Part shown: in pieces, positions 18,097-27,001 of the stretch
How the letters are laid out: every line of letters starts with the position of its first letter
Numbering within the stretch: position 1 is the stretch's first letter
Assembly: GCF_000186885.1 (NCBI RefSeq)
Contig: NC_014972.1
Location: 2,940,001 to 2,972,000 of the forward strand
Length of the DNA: 32,000 bases
Direction of reading: 5' to 3'
From: Desulfobulbus propionicus DSM 2032
GTDB lineage: Bacteria > Desulfobacterota > Desulfobulbia > Desulfobulbales > Desulfobulbaceae
Position numbers and translations under genes: made by a program
The notes under the pieces: model-generated
Databases searched by the model: none
What the model saw: the letters and a program-made list of their open reading frames with translations, nothing else
What the model was told of the DNA's origin: nothing

Positions 18097-18125
18097 TTGA
18101 CGACTAGGTAAACTTACTCTATCGT
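18097..18125 (+). promoter_or_regulatory. Sigma70-like promoter upstream of porin gene
   Basis: TTGACG (18097-18102), 17-nt spacer, TATCGT (18120-18125). Confidence 0.5.
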
Positions 18126-18207
18126 GAAGCCATCCAAGATATGTTCAAAAGGGTTTCTCGAACGAGGGGAACCTGTACGCAACATGAGATAAAAAAAGGA
18201 GAGGAAT

Positions 18208-19581
18208 ATGAAAAAAGTACTTGTTGCAGGCGCTGCCCTGATGGTGGCTGGTGGGATGTATGCCGCTACCGCTTCTGCTGCCGCTGTCGAGCCCGGCGTG
18301 AAGATCACCGGCGATGCCCGTGTGCGTTTGTTTTATCAAAATGACAACTACGGTGATTTCGGCAATGATGACGTTGATGAGTCCAACACCGACATGGATT
18401 CCCGCGTTCGTCTGAATATCACCGGGACCGCCGCTGGTGGTGCCTATGCCAAGGCTCGTATCCGCATGTATGAGGGATACACCACCGACATCGACAACGA
18501 CCCAAGCATCTCTTCCCTGGACAACAGCAACATCTGGGTCGACATCGCCCATGTCGGCATTCCGTTCAATGACAACTTCACCCTGGAAGCAGGTAAATAC
18601 CGCTCCACCTACGGCCCCTTGGGCACCACCTACAACTTTTTCTATGATGACGTTCATCTGAGCGGTCTGCGCGGTATCATCAAGTTCAACGACGTGACCA
18701 TCAACCCGTTCATCGAGTGGGTGGAAGAGTCCCAAACCTATGCCAAATATGATGTTGACGGTGATCCAAACACGAAAGATACCGACAATCCAAACAAAAT
18801 CAAAGACAACGACGCCATGCGCTACGGTGCCCATATCAAGGGGCAGCTCAACAAGGATTGGGCGGTTGGCGGTATGCTCGGCTATCAGAGCGATGAACGG
18901 GACGAGGATAATGTTCTTCCGCACCTCAATTATCAGAATGAAGGGTTCTTTGGTTCCATTTACACCAACGGCAAGGTCAACGCCTTTGGCTTTGTCGCCG
19001 AACTCGCCGCCAACGACGGCAATCTGAACAACTTCAACTCCTGGGAAGATGATGCCGACGCGGTTACCGGCCCTGACCTGATCGGCTCCGATGACACCGG
19101 CTTCGGTGGATACATGTTCCCCAACTACCAGATCGACAAATTGAACATCGGGTTGAATCTGGGTTTCACCGATGGCGGTTTTCAACCGGACCGCGCCTTT
19201 GGTTTCGTCATGCTCGGCTCCTCGGATAACAGCAGAATCAGCGCTGCCCGCATCGGCGACACCGGTGACTGGTTCTGGGGCGGCTTGGTGGCCAACTATG
19301 CGATCAACGAATCCCTCAAGCTGACCGGTAACTTGGTTTACGCCGAGGTTGACGCCTGGGATTCCGAAGGTCCCGATGGAGACGGACCGGATACACGGTC
19401 AGGTGCGCTTGGAGCCGCTCTGGACAGCGCATGGGAGTTGTCTGCGGTTCTGCAGTACACCATCAGCAAGGGCGCGGATGTCTATTTCTCCGCCGGCTAC
19501 CTGGCACCCGAATTTGAAGACTCCACCCTGGAAGACGACGGAGCCTTCGGTGCTTTGACCCGCTTCGAGCTCAAGTTCTAA
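18208..19581 (+). CDS. Outer-membrane porin-like beta-barrel protein
   Basis: RBS aaggagagga, signal peptide MKKVLVAGAALMVAGGMYAATASA, then VKITGDARVRLFYQNDNYG...SRVRLNI...AYAKARIRMYEGY...; ends ALTRFELKF with terminal Phe. Confidence 0.82.
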   Translation: MKKVLVAGAALMVAGGMYAATASAAAVEPGVKITGDARVRLFYQNDNYGDFGNDDVDESNTDMDSRVRLNITGTAAGGAYAKARIRMYEGYTTDIDNDPSISSLDNSNIWVDIAHVGIPFNDNFTLEAGKYRSTYGPLGTTYNFFYDDVHLSGLRGIIKFNDVTINPFIEWVEESQTYAKYDVDGDPNTKDTDNPNKIKDNDAMRYGAHIKGQLNKDWAVGGMLGYQSDERDEDNVLPHLNYQNEGFFGSIYTNGKVNAFGFVAELAANDGNLNNFNSWEDDADAVTGPDLIGSDDTGFGGYMFPNYQIDKLNIGLNLGFTDGGFQPDRAFGFVMLGSSDNSRISAARIGDTGDWFWGGLVANYAINESLKLTGNLVYAEVDAWDSEGPDGDGPDTRSGALGAALDSAWELSAVLQYTISKGADVYFSAGYLAPEFEDSTLEDDGAFGALTRFELKF

Positions 19582-19617
19582 GCGCTGCCTAGTACGGATT
19601 CTCCTGTAACACGCAAT

Positions 19618-19658
19618 CAGGGGAGCAGGTTCTTGGAACCTGCTCCCCTGATTTTTTT
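19618..19658 (+). terminator. Rho-independent terminator after porin gene
   Basis: CAGGGGAGCAGGTTC-TTG-GAACCTGCTCCCCTG (15-bp perfect stem) followed by ATTTTTTT. Confidence 0.95.
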
Positions 19659-19704
19659 ATCTTTCTTTCCCTGCGGACAGCGAAGAGATATCGCTTTCCC
19701 GCCC

Positions 19705-21531
19705 CTACTCCACCACCCGCGGCAGCAGCACCGTGGCCCGCACCCCGCCCTGCTGCCTGTTGTCCAGGGTCAACCGGCCGCCATGATCCTCGACGATCCG
19801 TTTCACCAGGGTTAGTCCCATGCCTGTGCCAACCAGTTTGGTGGTGTAAAACGGATCGGTGGCATGCCGCAGATTGGTTCCTCCCGTACCTGAATCGCGA
19901 ATGAGGATCTTCACCTGCGCCTCTTCAAGGACAACCTCGATGAACAGTTCGCCGCCTTGGGGCATGGCTTCGACACTGTTGCGAATCAGATGGACCAGGG
20001 CCTGCTGAATCAGCCGCGGGTCGGCATCAATCAACGGATCGGTCTCCGGCAGCAGCAGGATCTTCTTGATTCCTTGCGCCTTGATGGCCGCGAGATGGAG
20101 CAGGAGGGACTTGTGAATCAGCGGGATGAGCCGGATCTTTTCGCGCTCCGGCTTGACCTGATCGACAAAACTGAACAAATCCTCCAGGGTTTTTTCGATC
20201 TTTTCCGCCTCGCCGGCCATCATACCGAGGAAGCGCAACCATTCCTTGTTGTCAATTTTCCGGGAAAGAAGACGTGCTGTTCCCCCGATGGCAGTGATCG
20301 GATTGCGGATGCTGTGGGCCAGTTGGGCAGCCATGTGCCCCAGGGCGGAATAGCGCTCGGCCTCGACCAGCAGATCCTTGTTCTTTTGCAGTTCGCTGGT
20401 TATCTCCTCCAGCTCCTTGATTTTCCGTTGCATGTCCACATACAGCCGACAATGCTCGATAGCCAGGCTGGCTTGGCCGGCAAATCCTTCCAGGGCCAGG
20501 ATCCGCTCCTCATCGATCTGGGCACGATTGACGAAATGATCGGCAATGATCACTCCCAGAGCGCGGCTGGGGGAATACAGGGGAACCACCACAAAGGAGT
20601 CTTCCTGGAGCAAGCCGACCAACTCCAAGGGCACTGGATATTCGCTCCGGCCGTCAACGACGTTGATCGATTGCCGATTGCGGACCGCGCGGATCAGCAG
20701 GTTGTCGGCGTCCAGGGCGTCGACCCGCAGGGCGCGGACAATCCGGTTGACTTCGGTGTCCATGGCGGTTTCATTGCGCTGAATACGGACGAACAGGTCG
20801 CGCAGTCCCAATTCCTGTTCCCGCAGATCCCGCCAGATTCGGCTGCCGTCCTCCCGGTTTCCTGGACCGATGGCCAGGCGCCCTTCAAGCACGTCACCAG
20901 CCTCGTTGAACAAGGCCAAAAAGGCGCGGTTGAACTGTAACCCTTCTTCGGCGGTGATCCCTGCCAAGATGGCATGGAGGATTTCATCGAGCTCCACCAT
21001 GCTCAAATAGGCGGTGTTCATTTTCATGGCCAGCTGGTGGGCGAACTGCAAGCGGAAGTTGGCCTGCTCGATCTGCTGCTGGTATTGGCGATTACGGATG
21101 GTCAGGCGCCGTTTTTCCAAAACCCGGCGCAGGGTGGCCAGCAGATCGGTGAAATGTACGGGCTTGGCCAGGTAATCGTCGGCACCGAGCCGAAGGCAGG
21201 CCAACGCTGTCTGCAGATCGGTCACCGCGGTAAGCATGATGACCGCTAAGTCCCGATCATGCTGCTTCAGCTCTGGCAGGAGCTTGATGCCGTCTGCGTC
21301 GGGAAGGCCGATGTCCAGTAACGCCAGCGCCACCTTGTGCATGCCGAGCTGACGGCGCAGGGCATCGGCCGAACCGGCGGCAACCGTGGCAAACCCCTGC
21401 TGGTGGAGAAAATCCTCCAACAGTCCAACGATATCGGCAAAATCGTCGACAATGACGATCACCTCTCCCTCTTCCAGCAATTCTTCGTTGGCTATGGACA
21501 GGGGAGGAGGAAGATGGGACTGCTCAATCAT
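19705..21531 (-). CDS. Soluble REC-GAF-histidine kinase hybrid
   Basis: REC: VIVIVDDFADIVGLLEDFL...ALLDIGLPDADGIKLLPEL...MLTAVTDLQTALACLRLGADDYLAKPV. H-box: ALGHMAAQLAHSIRNPITAIGG. ATPase: DADPRLIQQALVHLIRNSVEAMPQGG...YTTKLVGTGMGLTLVKRIVEDHGG. Confidence 0.94.
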   Translation of the reverse strand: MIEQSHLPPPLSIANEELLEEGEVIVIVDDFADIVGLLEDFLHQQGFATVAAGSADALRRQLGMHKVALALLDIGLPDADGIKLLPELKQHDRDLAVIMLTAVTDLQTALACLRLGADDYLAKPVHFTDLLATLRRVLEKRRLTIRNRQYQQQIEQANFRLQFAHQLAMKMNTAYLSMVELDEILHAILAGITAEEGLQFNRAFLALFNEAGDVLEGRLAIGPGNREDGSRIWRDLREQELGLRDLFVRIQRNETAMDTEVNRIVRALRVDALDADNLLIRAVRNRQSINVVDGRSEYPVPLELVGLLQEDSFVVVPLYSPSRALGVIIADHFVNRAQIDEERILALEGFAGQASLAIEHCRLYVDMQRKIKELEEITSELQKNKDLLVEAERYSALGHMAAQLAHSIRNPITAIGGTARLLSRKIDNKEWLRFLGMMAGEAEKIEKTLEDLFSFVDQVKPEREKIRLIPLIHKSLLLHLAAIKAQGIKKILLLPETDPLIDADPRLIQQALVHLIRNSVEAMPQGGELFIEVVLEEAQVKILIRDSGTGGTNLRHATDPFYTTKLVGTGMGLTLVKRIVEDHGGRLTLDNRQQGGVRATVLLPRVVE

Positions 21532-21686
21532 GACGATACCCGGCTGTTATTGTCTCGTTGTTCCAAGGCTTCTGGTTGTTCTACTCTTGAAAAAAAAACG
21601 TGTCAAGCAACAGCACTGGTCATTCTCGGATTGCCTCCCTGTCCTGGTCGTGGTATGGACCACACAACGACGTCAGCCAATCTGCC

Positions 21687-22115
21687 ATGCCCACCGAATC
21701 CCACCAATTGAAAACAATACCCGAAGTAAGCGATACGGAACTGGTGCAAGTCATTGCCGATTTTCTCGCCTTGGGTCACGCCGACAACATCGTGGCCATG
21801 TTCCGCCAGGAACCCCGCTATTTCACCTGGACCGGTCAGCTGCTCACCGACGAACGTTTTGCCGTCCGGCTGGGAGTTTCCGTGCTGTTTGAGCAGTTGG
21901 CCGCATTGTGCCCAGACCTCCTGCCCCTGGCCATCCCCGGCCTGGAGGACCAGTTGCGCCACCCGGTGGATTGGGTGCGCGGCGAGGCGGCCAGCGTGCT
22001 CGGCATCATCGGCACCGAAAGGGCCCTTGCCCCGCTCCCGCAACTATTGAACGACCGCTCACCTCAGGTGGTGGAAATCGTGCGCGACATCCTTGGGCTT
22101 CCCGCTGATGGATAA
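21687..22115 (+). CDS. HEAT-repeat-like protein
   Basis: MPTESHQLKTIPEVSDTELVQVIADFLALGHADNIVAMF...LAIPGLEDQLRHPVDWVRGEAASVLGIIGTERALAPLPQLLNDRSPQVVEIVRDILGL. Confidence 0.65.
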   Translation: MPTESHQLKTIPEVSDTELVQVIADFLALGHADNIVAMFRQEPRYFTWTGQLLTDERFAVRLGVSVLFEQLAALCPDLLPLAIPGLEDQLRHPVDWVRGEAASVLGIIGTERALAPLPQLLNDRSPQVVEIVRDILGLPADG

Positions 22116-24072
22116 TATTTTTGGCCCGAATGGGATTCTGGCCCAACATCTCCCGGGCTACGAAGCACGATCCGGCCAGCTGGCCATGGCCAAGGCCGTG
22201 GCCGAGCTGCTTACCGCAGAGCAACCAAATCAGGCCACTCAGGCTTCCTGCCTGGTGATCGAGGCCGAAACCGGCTTGGGCAAGACTCTCGCCTATCTGA
22301 TTCCGGCCGTGCTCAGCGGCCGCCGGGTGGTGGTGTCCACCCATACTCGCACTTTGCAGGATCAAATCCTGCAAAGGGAAATTCCGCTGATTCTGCAGTA
22401 TATCGATCCCCACCTCAAGGCCCTGTGCGTCAAGGGACGACAGAATTATCTCTGCCTCTACCGCTGGCGGCAACTGCACGCCTCACGACAAACGGAACTG
22501 TTTACCGACACTGCCGAACAGGCCATCGAGGCCTGGCTGGAAAAGACGGTCCATGGCGACCGTTCCGAACTGAGCTGGTTGACCGCTTCGTCGCCCCTGT
22601 GGCAGAAAATCTGCTGCCAATCCCACTTCTGCCTGGGCGCCACCTGTCCCGAAGCGGCCGGATGCCACCTGAACCGGCTGCGTCGCGATGCCGCAGCCAG
22701 TAGGTTGCTGATCGTCAACCACCACCTGCTTTTCTCCGACTTGGCTGTCCGGCGTACAGGATATGGCGAGGTGCTGCCACGCTACGAGTCCGTGATCTTC
22801 GACGAGGCCCATCATGTCGAAAGCGTGGCCACCACTTTTTTCGGTTCCTCCTGTTCCCGTCATCAGCTCATTGATCTGAGCAGCGACGTGGAACGCAGTG
22901 CCGAGGGCGAACTGTCCGGCACAGCACAGCAGACAGTTCGCGCGGCCGTCGCCCGCCTTGCCGGCGCGACCGAACGGCTGACGAACGCGTTTCCCAAGGA
23001 AAAGGGCCGGTTTCCGCTCCCCCCCCTGCTCCGCAATCAGCCGGACATCATCCCGTTGCGCAGCGATCTTCAGGCAGCGCTGGAAAAGCTGGCCGATACC
23101 CTCGAAGGGCTCCCGGAAGGCCCCTGGAATCAATATGCCGATCGCGCCCGGGATTTAGGCGAACGGTTGCAGTCGATCTTGGTGGAGCAGTTTGACGACC
23201 TCCCCCTTGACGAGGTGCAGTTCACCTACTGGTTTGAGCGCAGCGAGCGCAACCTGACCCTCTGTGCCACCCCCGTGGACGTGGCCACGGACCTGCAAAC
23301 CACATTGCTTGCGACGGTCATCTCCTGCGTGTTCACCTCGGCCACCCTGACCACGGCCGGAAAGTTCACTTATTTTCTTGAACGGCTTGGCTTAGCCGCC
23401 GACACCCCCACCCTTTCCCTGACTTCGCCCTTTGATTATCAACACCGCACCTTGCTCTACGTCCCCGATGCGCCCTTTCCCGAACCGGCAGGCGTCGGCT
23501 ATCCGCAGGCCCTGCACGACCGCATGGCCCGCCTGATCACCCACGCCGGCGGCAGGACGCTGTGCCTGTTCACTTCCTTTGCCGCCATGGACCTGGCCCA
23601 TGCCGCCCTCCGCGACCGCCTCCCCTATCCGCTGCTCGTCCAGGGAGAGGCGAGCCGGCGCACCCTGCTGCGCCAATTCAGCGAGCAGACCGATTCCGTC
23701 CTGTTTGCCGTGGCCAGTTTCTGGGAGGGGGTCGATATTCCCGGCGAATCGCTCAGCCTGGTGATTATTGACAAATTACCGTTTGAAGTCCCCAGCGACC
23801 CTGTTATTATGGCCCGGGTCAACCGCATCAAGGCCTTGGGCGGCAACCCGTTCGTCGACTTTCAAACGCCACGGGCCATTCTCACCCTTCGTCAAGGCGT
23901 GGGCCGACTGATGCGAACCGCCAACGACCGCGGCGTTATTGCCATACTCGATACCCGGCTTTTCACCAAGGGGTATGGCCGTCAATTTCTCAAAAGCCTG
24001 CCTCCCAGTCCTTTGACCAGCGACATGGAGAAGGTGGCAGCTTTCTTTCAGAGCAGCAATGAACACACCTGA
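22108..24072 (+). CDS. dinG: DinG/XPD-family ATP-dependent helicase
   Basis: Walker A EAETGLGKTLAYLIPA, VVVSTHTRTLQDQI, Fe-S cysteine cluster CCQSHFCLGATCPEAAGC, DEAH (FDEAHHVESVAT), GVGRLMRTANDRGVIAILDTR. Start MDNIFGPNG at 22108. Confidence 0.9.
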   Translation: MDNIFGPNGILAQHLPGYEARSGQLAMAKAVAELLTAEQPNQATQASCLVIEAETGLGKTLAYLIPAVLSGRRVVVSTHTRTLQDQILQREIPLILQYIDPHLKALCVKGRQNYLCLYRWRQLHASRQTELFTDTAEQAIEAWLEKTVHGDRSELSWLTASSPLWQKICCQSHFCLGATCPEAAGCHLNRLRRDAAASRLLIVNHHLLFSDLAVRRTGYGEVLPRYESVIFDEAHHVESVATTFFGSSCSRHQLIDLSSDVERSAEGELSGTAQQTVRAAVARLAGATERLTNAFPKEKGRFPLPPLLRNQPDIIPLRSDLQAALEKLADTLEGLPEGPWNQYADRARDLGERLQSILVEQFDDLPLDEVQFTYWFERSERNLTLCATPVDVATDLQTTLLATVISCVFTSATLTTAGKFTYFLERLGLAADTPTLSLTSPFDYQHRTLLYVPDAPFPEPAGVGYPQALHDRMARLITHAGGRTLCLFTSFAAMDLAHAALRDRLPYPLLVQGEASRRTLLRQFSEQTDSVLFAVASFWEGVDIPGESLSLVIIDKLPFEVPSDPVIMARVNRIKALGGNPFVDFQTPRAILTLRQGVGRLMRTANDRGVIAILDTRLFTKGYGRQFLKSLPPSPLTSDMEKVAAFFQSSNEHT

Positions 24073-25075
24073 AACACATCCGCCTGTGGATTTGCGCGGA
24101 ACCACGGCGACCGTCACTGCCCGCGTGGAAGCCGCCATGCGCCATGATCTGACCACGGCCCTGGCCGGCTGCGATCCGCTTCTGGGAGAAATCGTCCATT
24201 ATGCCCTGTTCAACGGCGGCAAGCGCATCCGGCCCCTGTTGACCGTGCTCTGTTCCCGGTGCTGCGGCCGGGATGACGCAGAGCTCTACCAGCTGGCCGC
24301 GGCCTTCGAGTACCTGCACGTGGCCACCCTGGTGCACGACGATGTGATTGACCGGGCCGAGCAACGCCGGGGCACCCCCACGGTGGTTGCCCGTCACGGC
24401 CTGACGGCGGCGATTCTCGCCGGTGATTGGCTGCATGCCCACAGCATGCACCTGATCGGCAAGCTGGCGGGTGGCCGCGGCTTGGAAATTTTCTGCCAAG
24501 CCACGGCCTCCATGGTCAACGGCGAATTTGCGCAACTCCGCCTCATCGGCGACATCACCGGAACCGAACAACAGTATTTCGAGGTCATCCGCCAGAAGAC
24601 CGGCAATCTCATTCGCTCCACCTGCTCCATCGGCGCCTTGTTTGCCGGTGCCGACGAGGCCCGACGCACGGCTCTGGCCACCTATGGCGACCGCATTGGC
24701 GCGGCCTTCCAGGTGGTGGACGATCTGCTCGATTTTCTTGGCTCCGCTCACAGAACCGGCAAGACCATTGGCAACGATTTTATTGAAGGAAAACTCACCC
24801 TGCCGCTGCTCCATGCCCTTGAGCGGGCAGACGATCAAGACCGGCACACCTTGAATCAGCTGCTGACAGGAGATCGAACCCGAACCGAAGCCTACCGGCA
24901 ACTGGTCGACCTGATCGGGCGGTACGCGGGGTTCGACTCCGCCGCGCAAACAGCCCGACAACTGGTGGCGGAAGCAATCCAGGCGCTCGCCCCTTTCCAT
25001 GCCTCCGGACAGGAAGGGGAAAACGTTGCCCTGCTCAAACAACTAGCCGAGTATATCCTCGCTCGCACAAAATAA
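24059..25075 (+). CDS. ispB: Polyprenyl (octaprenyl-like) diphosphate synthase
   Basis: GGKRIRPLLTVL, HVATLVHDDVIDRAEQRRGTPT, FQVVDDLLDFLGSAHRTGKTIGNDFIEGKLTLPLLHAL. Confidence 0.94.
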   Translation: MNTPETHPPVDLRGTTATVTARVEAAMRHDLTTALAGCDPLLGEIVHYALFNGGKRIRPLLTVLCSRCCGRDDAELYQLAAAFEYLHVATLVHDDVIDRAEQRRGTPTVVARHGLTAAILAGDWLHAHSMHLIGKLAGGRGLEIFCQATASMVNGEFAQLRLIGDITGTEQQYFEVIRQKTGNLIRSTCSIGALFAGADEARRTALATYGDRIGAAFQVVDDLLDFLGSAHRTGKTIGNDFIEGKLTLPLLHALERADDQDRHTLNQLLTGDRTRTEAYRQLVDLIGRYAGFDSAAQTARQLVAEAIQALAPFHASGQEGENVALLKQLAEYILARTK

Positions 25076-25082
25076 TCGCCTC

Positions 25083-26009
25083 GTGCCCTGTTCCGCTGTT
25101 CGCCTCCTTGCTGTCAGGGCGATCGTGACGGCGGCTCTTGCCACCTCCCTCGCCGGATGCCGCTCGCCAGATGCCCCGGAAAGGCTGCCTGCGGGATCCG
25201 TGCCCACTGCCGCGCCTCCGACCAGGGTGCTCGTGTCGCCCACATCCCTCTCCGAGCAGTTTCCATCCTCCGCATCGCTGTCGACCAAAACGCCACCACC
25301 GCGTTCCGCCCATGAGCGGACCGCTGACGGCAACGCGTCCACAACAGCTGGCCGACCCGAGATCGCGATCATCATCGACGACATGGGCAACGATCTCAAA
25401 ATGGGACGCAAGTTTTTGGAACTTGACGACAATCTCACCTTTTCCTTTCTGCCGGGGGCGCCGCACACCCAGGAACTGGCGGAGCAGGCGTTTCAAGCCG
25501 GGCGCACCGTTCTTGTCCATCTGCCCATGGAACCCAAAGACACCCGGTGGTCTCCCGGAACGGAGGCGCTGCACATTGCTGACACGGAGGAAGGGATCAG
25601 AACGAAAACAGAGACCATGCTGGCGGCGGTGCCGCATGCCGTTGGCACCAACAATCACATGGGATCACGGTTCACCGAACATGGCCTGGGCATGCACCGG
25701 GTACTGACCGTGTTGAAAGAACGGGCTTTGTTCTTTGTCGACTCCTACACCACCGCCGGCTCGCAGGGTTTGGCCACCGCCCGGCGGCTTGCTGTGCCGG
25801 CCACCCGAAGGCATGTATTCCTCGACAACGAGAAGACGCCAAGCAAGATCTGCGACCAGCTTGATCAGCTGGCCCTGTTGGCCCGGCAACAGGGCCATGC
25901 CGTCGGTATCGGCCATCCCAATCAGGCCATGTTCACGGCCCTGGCGCGCTGCGGCCCGGAGAATATGCATCACATCAACCTGGTGAGTGTTCAGCGGCTG
26001 ACGCGATAG
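25083..26009 (+). CDS. Divergent polysaccharide deacetylase (YibQ-like), probable lipoprotein
   Basis: Signal/lipobox ATSLAGC; IAIIIDDMGNDLKMGRKFLELDDNLTFSFLPGAPHTQELAEQA...VLVHLPMEPK...TNNHMGSRFT...FFVDSYTT...GHAVGIGHP. Confidence 0.88.
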   Translation: MPCSAVRLLAVRAIVTAALATSLAGCRSPDAPERLPAGSVPTAAPPTRVLVSPTSLSEQFPSSASLSTKTPPPRSAHERTADGNASTTAGRPEIAIIIDDMGNDLKMGRKFLELDDNLTFSFLPGAPHTQELAEQAFQAGRTVLVHLPMEPKDTRWSPGTEALHIADTEEGIRTKTETMLAAVPHAVGTNNHMGSRFTEHGLGMHRVLTVLKERALFFVDSYTTAGSQGLATARRLAVPATRRHVFLDNEKTPSKICDQLDQLALLARQQGHAVGIGHPNQAMFTALARCGPENMHHINLVSVQRLTR

Positions 26010-26025
26010 GGAACTGAAAAAATTC

Positions 26026-26946
26026 CTACACCTCCAGTTCCGGAACGAGAAAGCTGATGTGTTCCTCCTCGCCCTCCATTTCGGTCACCGTCACATCCCC
26101 CCACCGACGCAGCCAATCCACCACCCCCACCACCAGGTGCTCCGGAGCCGAGGCTCCGGCGCTGACCCCGACCCTCTTGACCCCGGCAAACCAAGCCGGA
26201 TCGATCTCGCTGGCATCGTCGATGAGATGGGCCGGTGTCTGCCGCAATTCCGCCACCTCCCGCAGCCGGTTCGAGTTGGAACTGTTTTTTGAGCCGACGA
26301 CCAACACCAGATCCACCCGGTCGGCCAATTCGCGGACCGCAGCCTGCCGGTTGGTGGTCGCATAGCAGATATCGGTCCGATCCGGCTCGGCAATGCGTGG
26401 AAACCGCCGGCGAATGGCCAGGAGTATTTCCCGGGTATCGTCCACACTCAAGGTGGTTTGGGTTACATACCCAACCTTGTCCGGATCGGTCACCTGCAGC
26501 TGGCCGATCTCCGACGCCTTGGACACCACGTGCACCGGTCCCACCGCCTGGCCGCAGGTTCCCTCGACCTCGGGATGCCCCTTGTGGCCGATCACCAGCA
26601 CGTCATATCCCTGGGCATTGAGCCGGATCATCCGCCGATGCACCTTGGACACCAGGGGGCAGGTGGCATCAATGATCCGCAATCCAAGGGCCGTGGCTCG
26701 TTGTTCCACCGCCCGGGAGACGCCATGGGCACTGAACACGGTGACCGATCCCCGGGGAATATCCTCCAATTCCTCGACAAAAACCGCCCCGCGACACCGC
26801 AGTTCCTCCAGCACATGCGTGTTGTGGACAATCTCGTGCAGGACATACACGGGTGGCCGATGGCGCTCCAGGGCCTGATGAACGATGGCAATGGCACGAT
26901 TGACTCCGGCACAAAAACCGCGCGGCTTGGCAAGAATGACTTCCAT
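26026..26946 (-). CDS. ispH: 4-hydroxy-3-methylbut-2-enyl diphosphate reductase
   Basis: MEVILAKPRGFCAGVNRAIAIV...YVLHEIVHNTHVLEEL...VFSAHGVS...IDATCPLVSKVH...CYATTNRQAAV...SSNSNRLREVA...VGVSAGASAPEHLV. Confidence 0.97.
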   Translation of the reverse strand: MEVILAKPRGFCAGVNRAIAIVHQALERHRPPVYVLHEIVHNTHVLEELRCRGAVFVEELEDIPRGSVTVFSAHGVSRAVEQRATALGLRIIDATCPLVSKVHRRMIRLNAQGYDVLVIGHKGHPEVEGTCGQAVGPVHVVSKASEIGQLQVTDPDKVGYVTQTTLSVDDTREILLAIRRRFPRIAEPDRTDICYATTNRQAAVRELADRVDLVLVVGSKNSSNSNRLREVAELRQTPAHLIDDASEIDPAWFAGVKRVGVSAGASAPEHLVVGVVDWLRRWGDVTVTEMEGEEEHISFLVPELEV

Positions 26947-27001
26947 GGGGTACCCGTGGTCAGATTTCAACAAAAGGAGGGCGGAACCGGATTGATGCCG
27001 C

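Noticed and set aside
18145-19185. 346-aa minus-strand ORF opposite the porin
   Set aside because: The porin has an RBS, signal peptide and terminator on the plus strand; the antisense ORF has no support.
26010-26041. GGAACTG / CAGTTCC hairpin between the convergent deacetylase and ispH genes
   Set aside because: Only 7-bp arms with an 18-nt loop and no following T-tract; too weak to call as a terminator.
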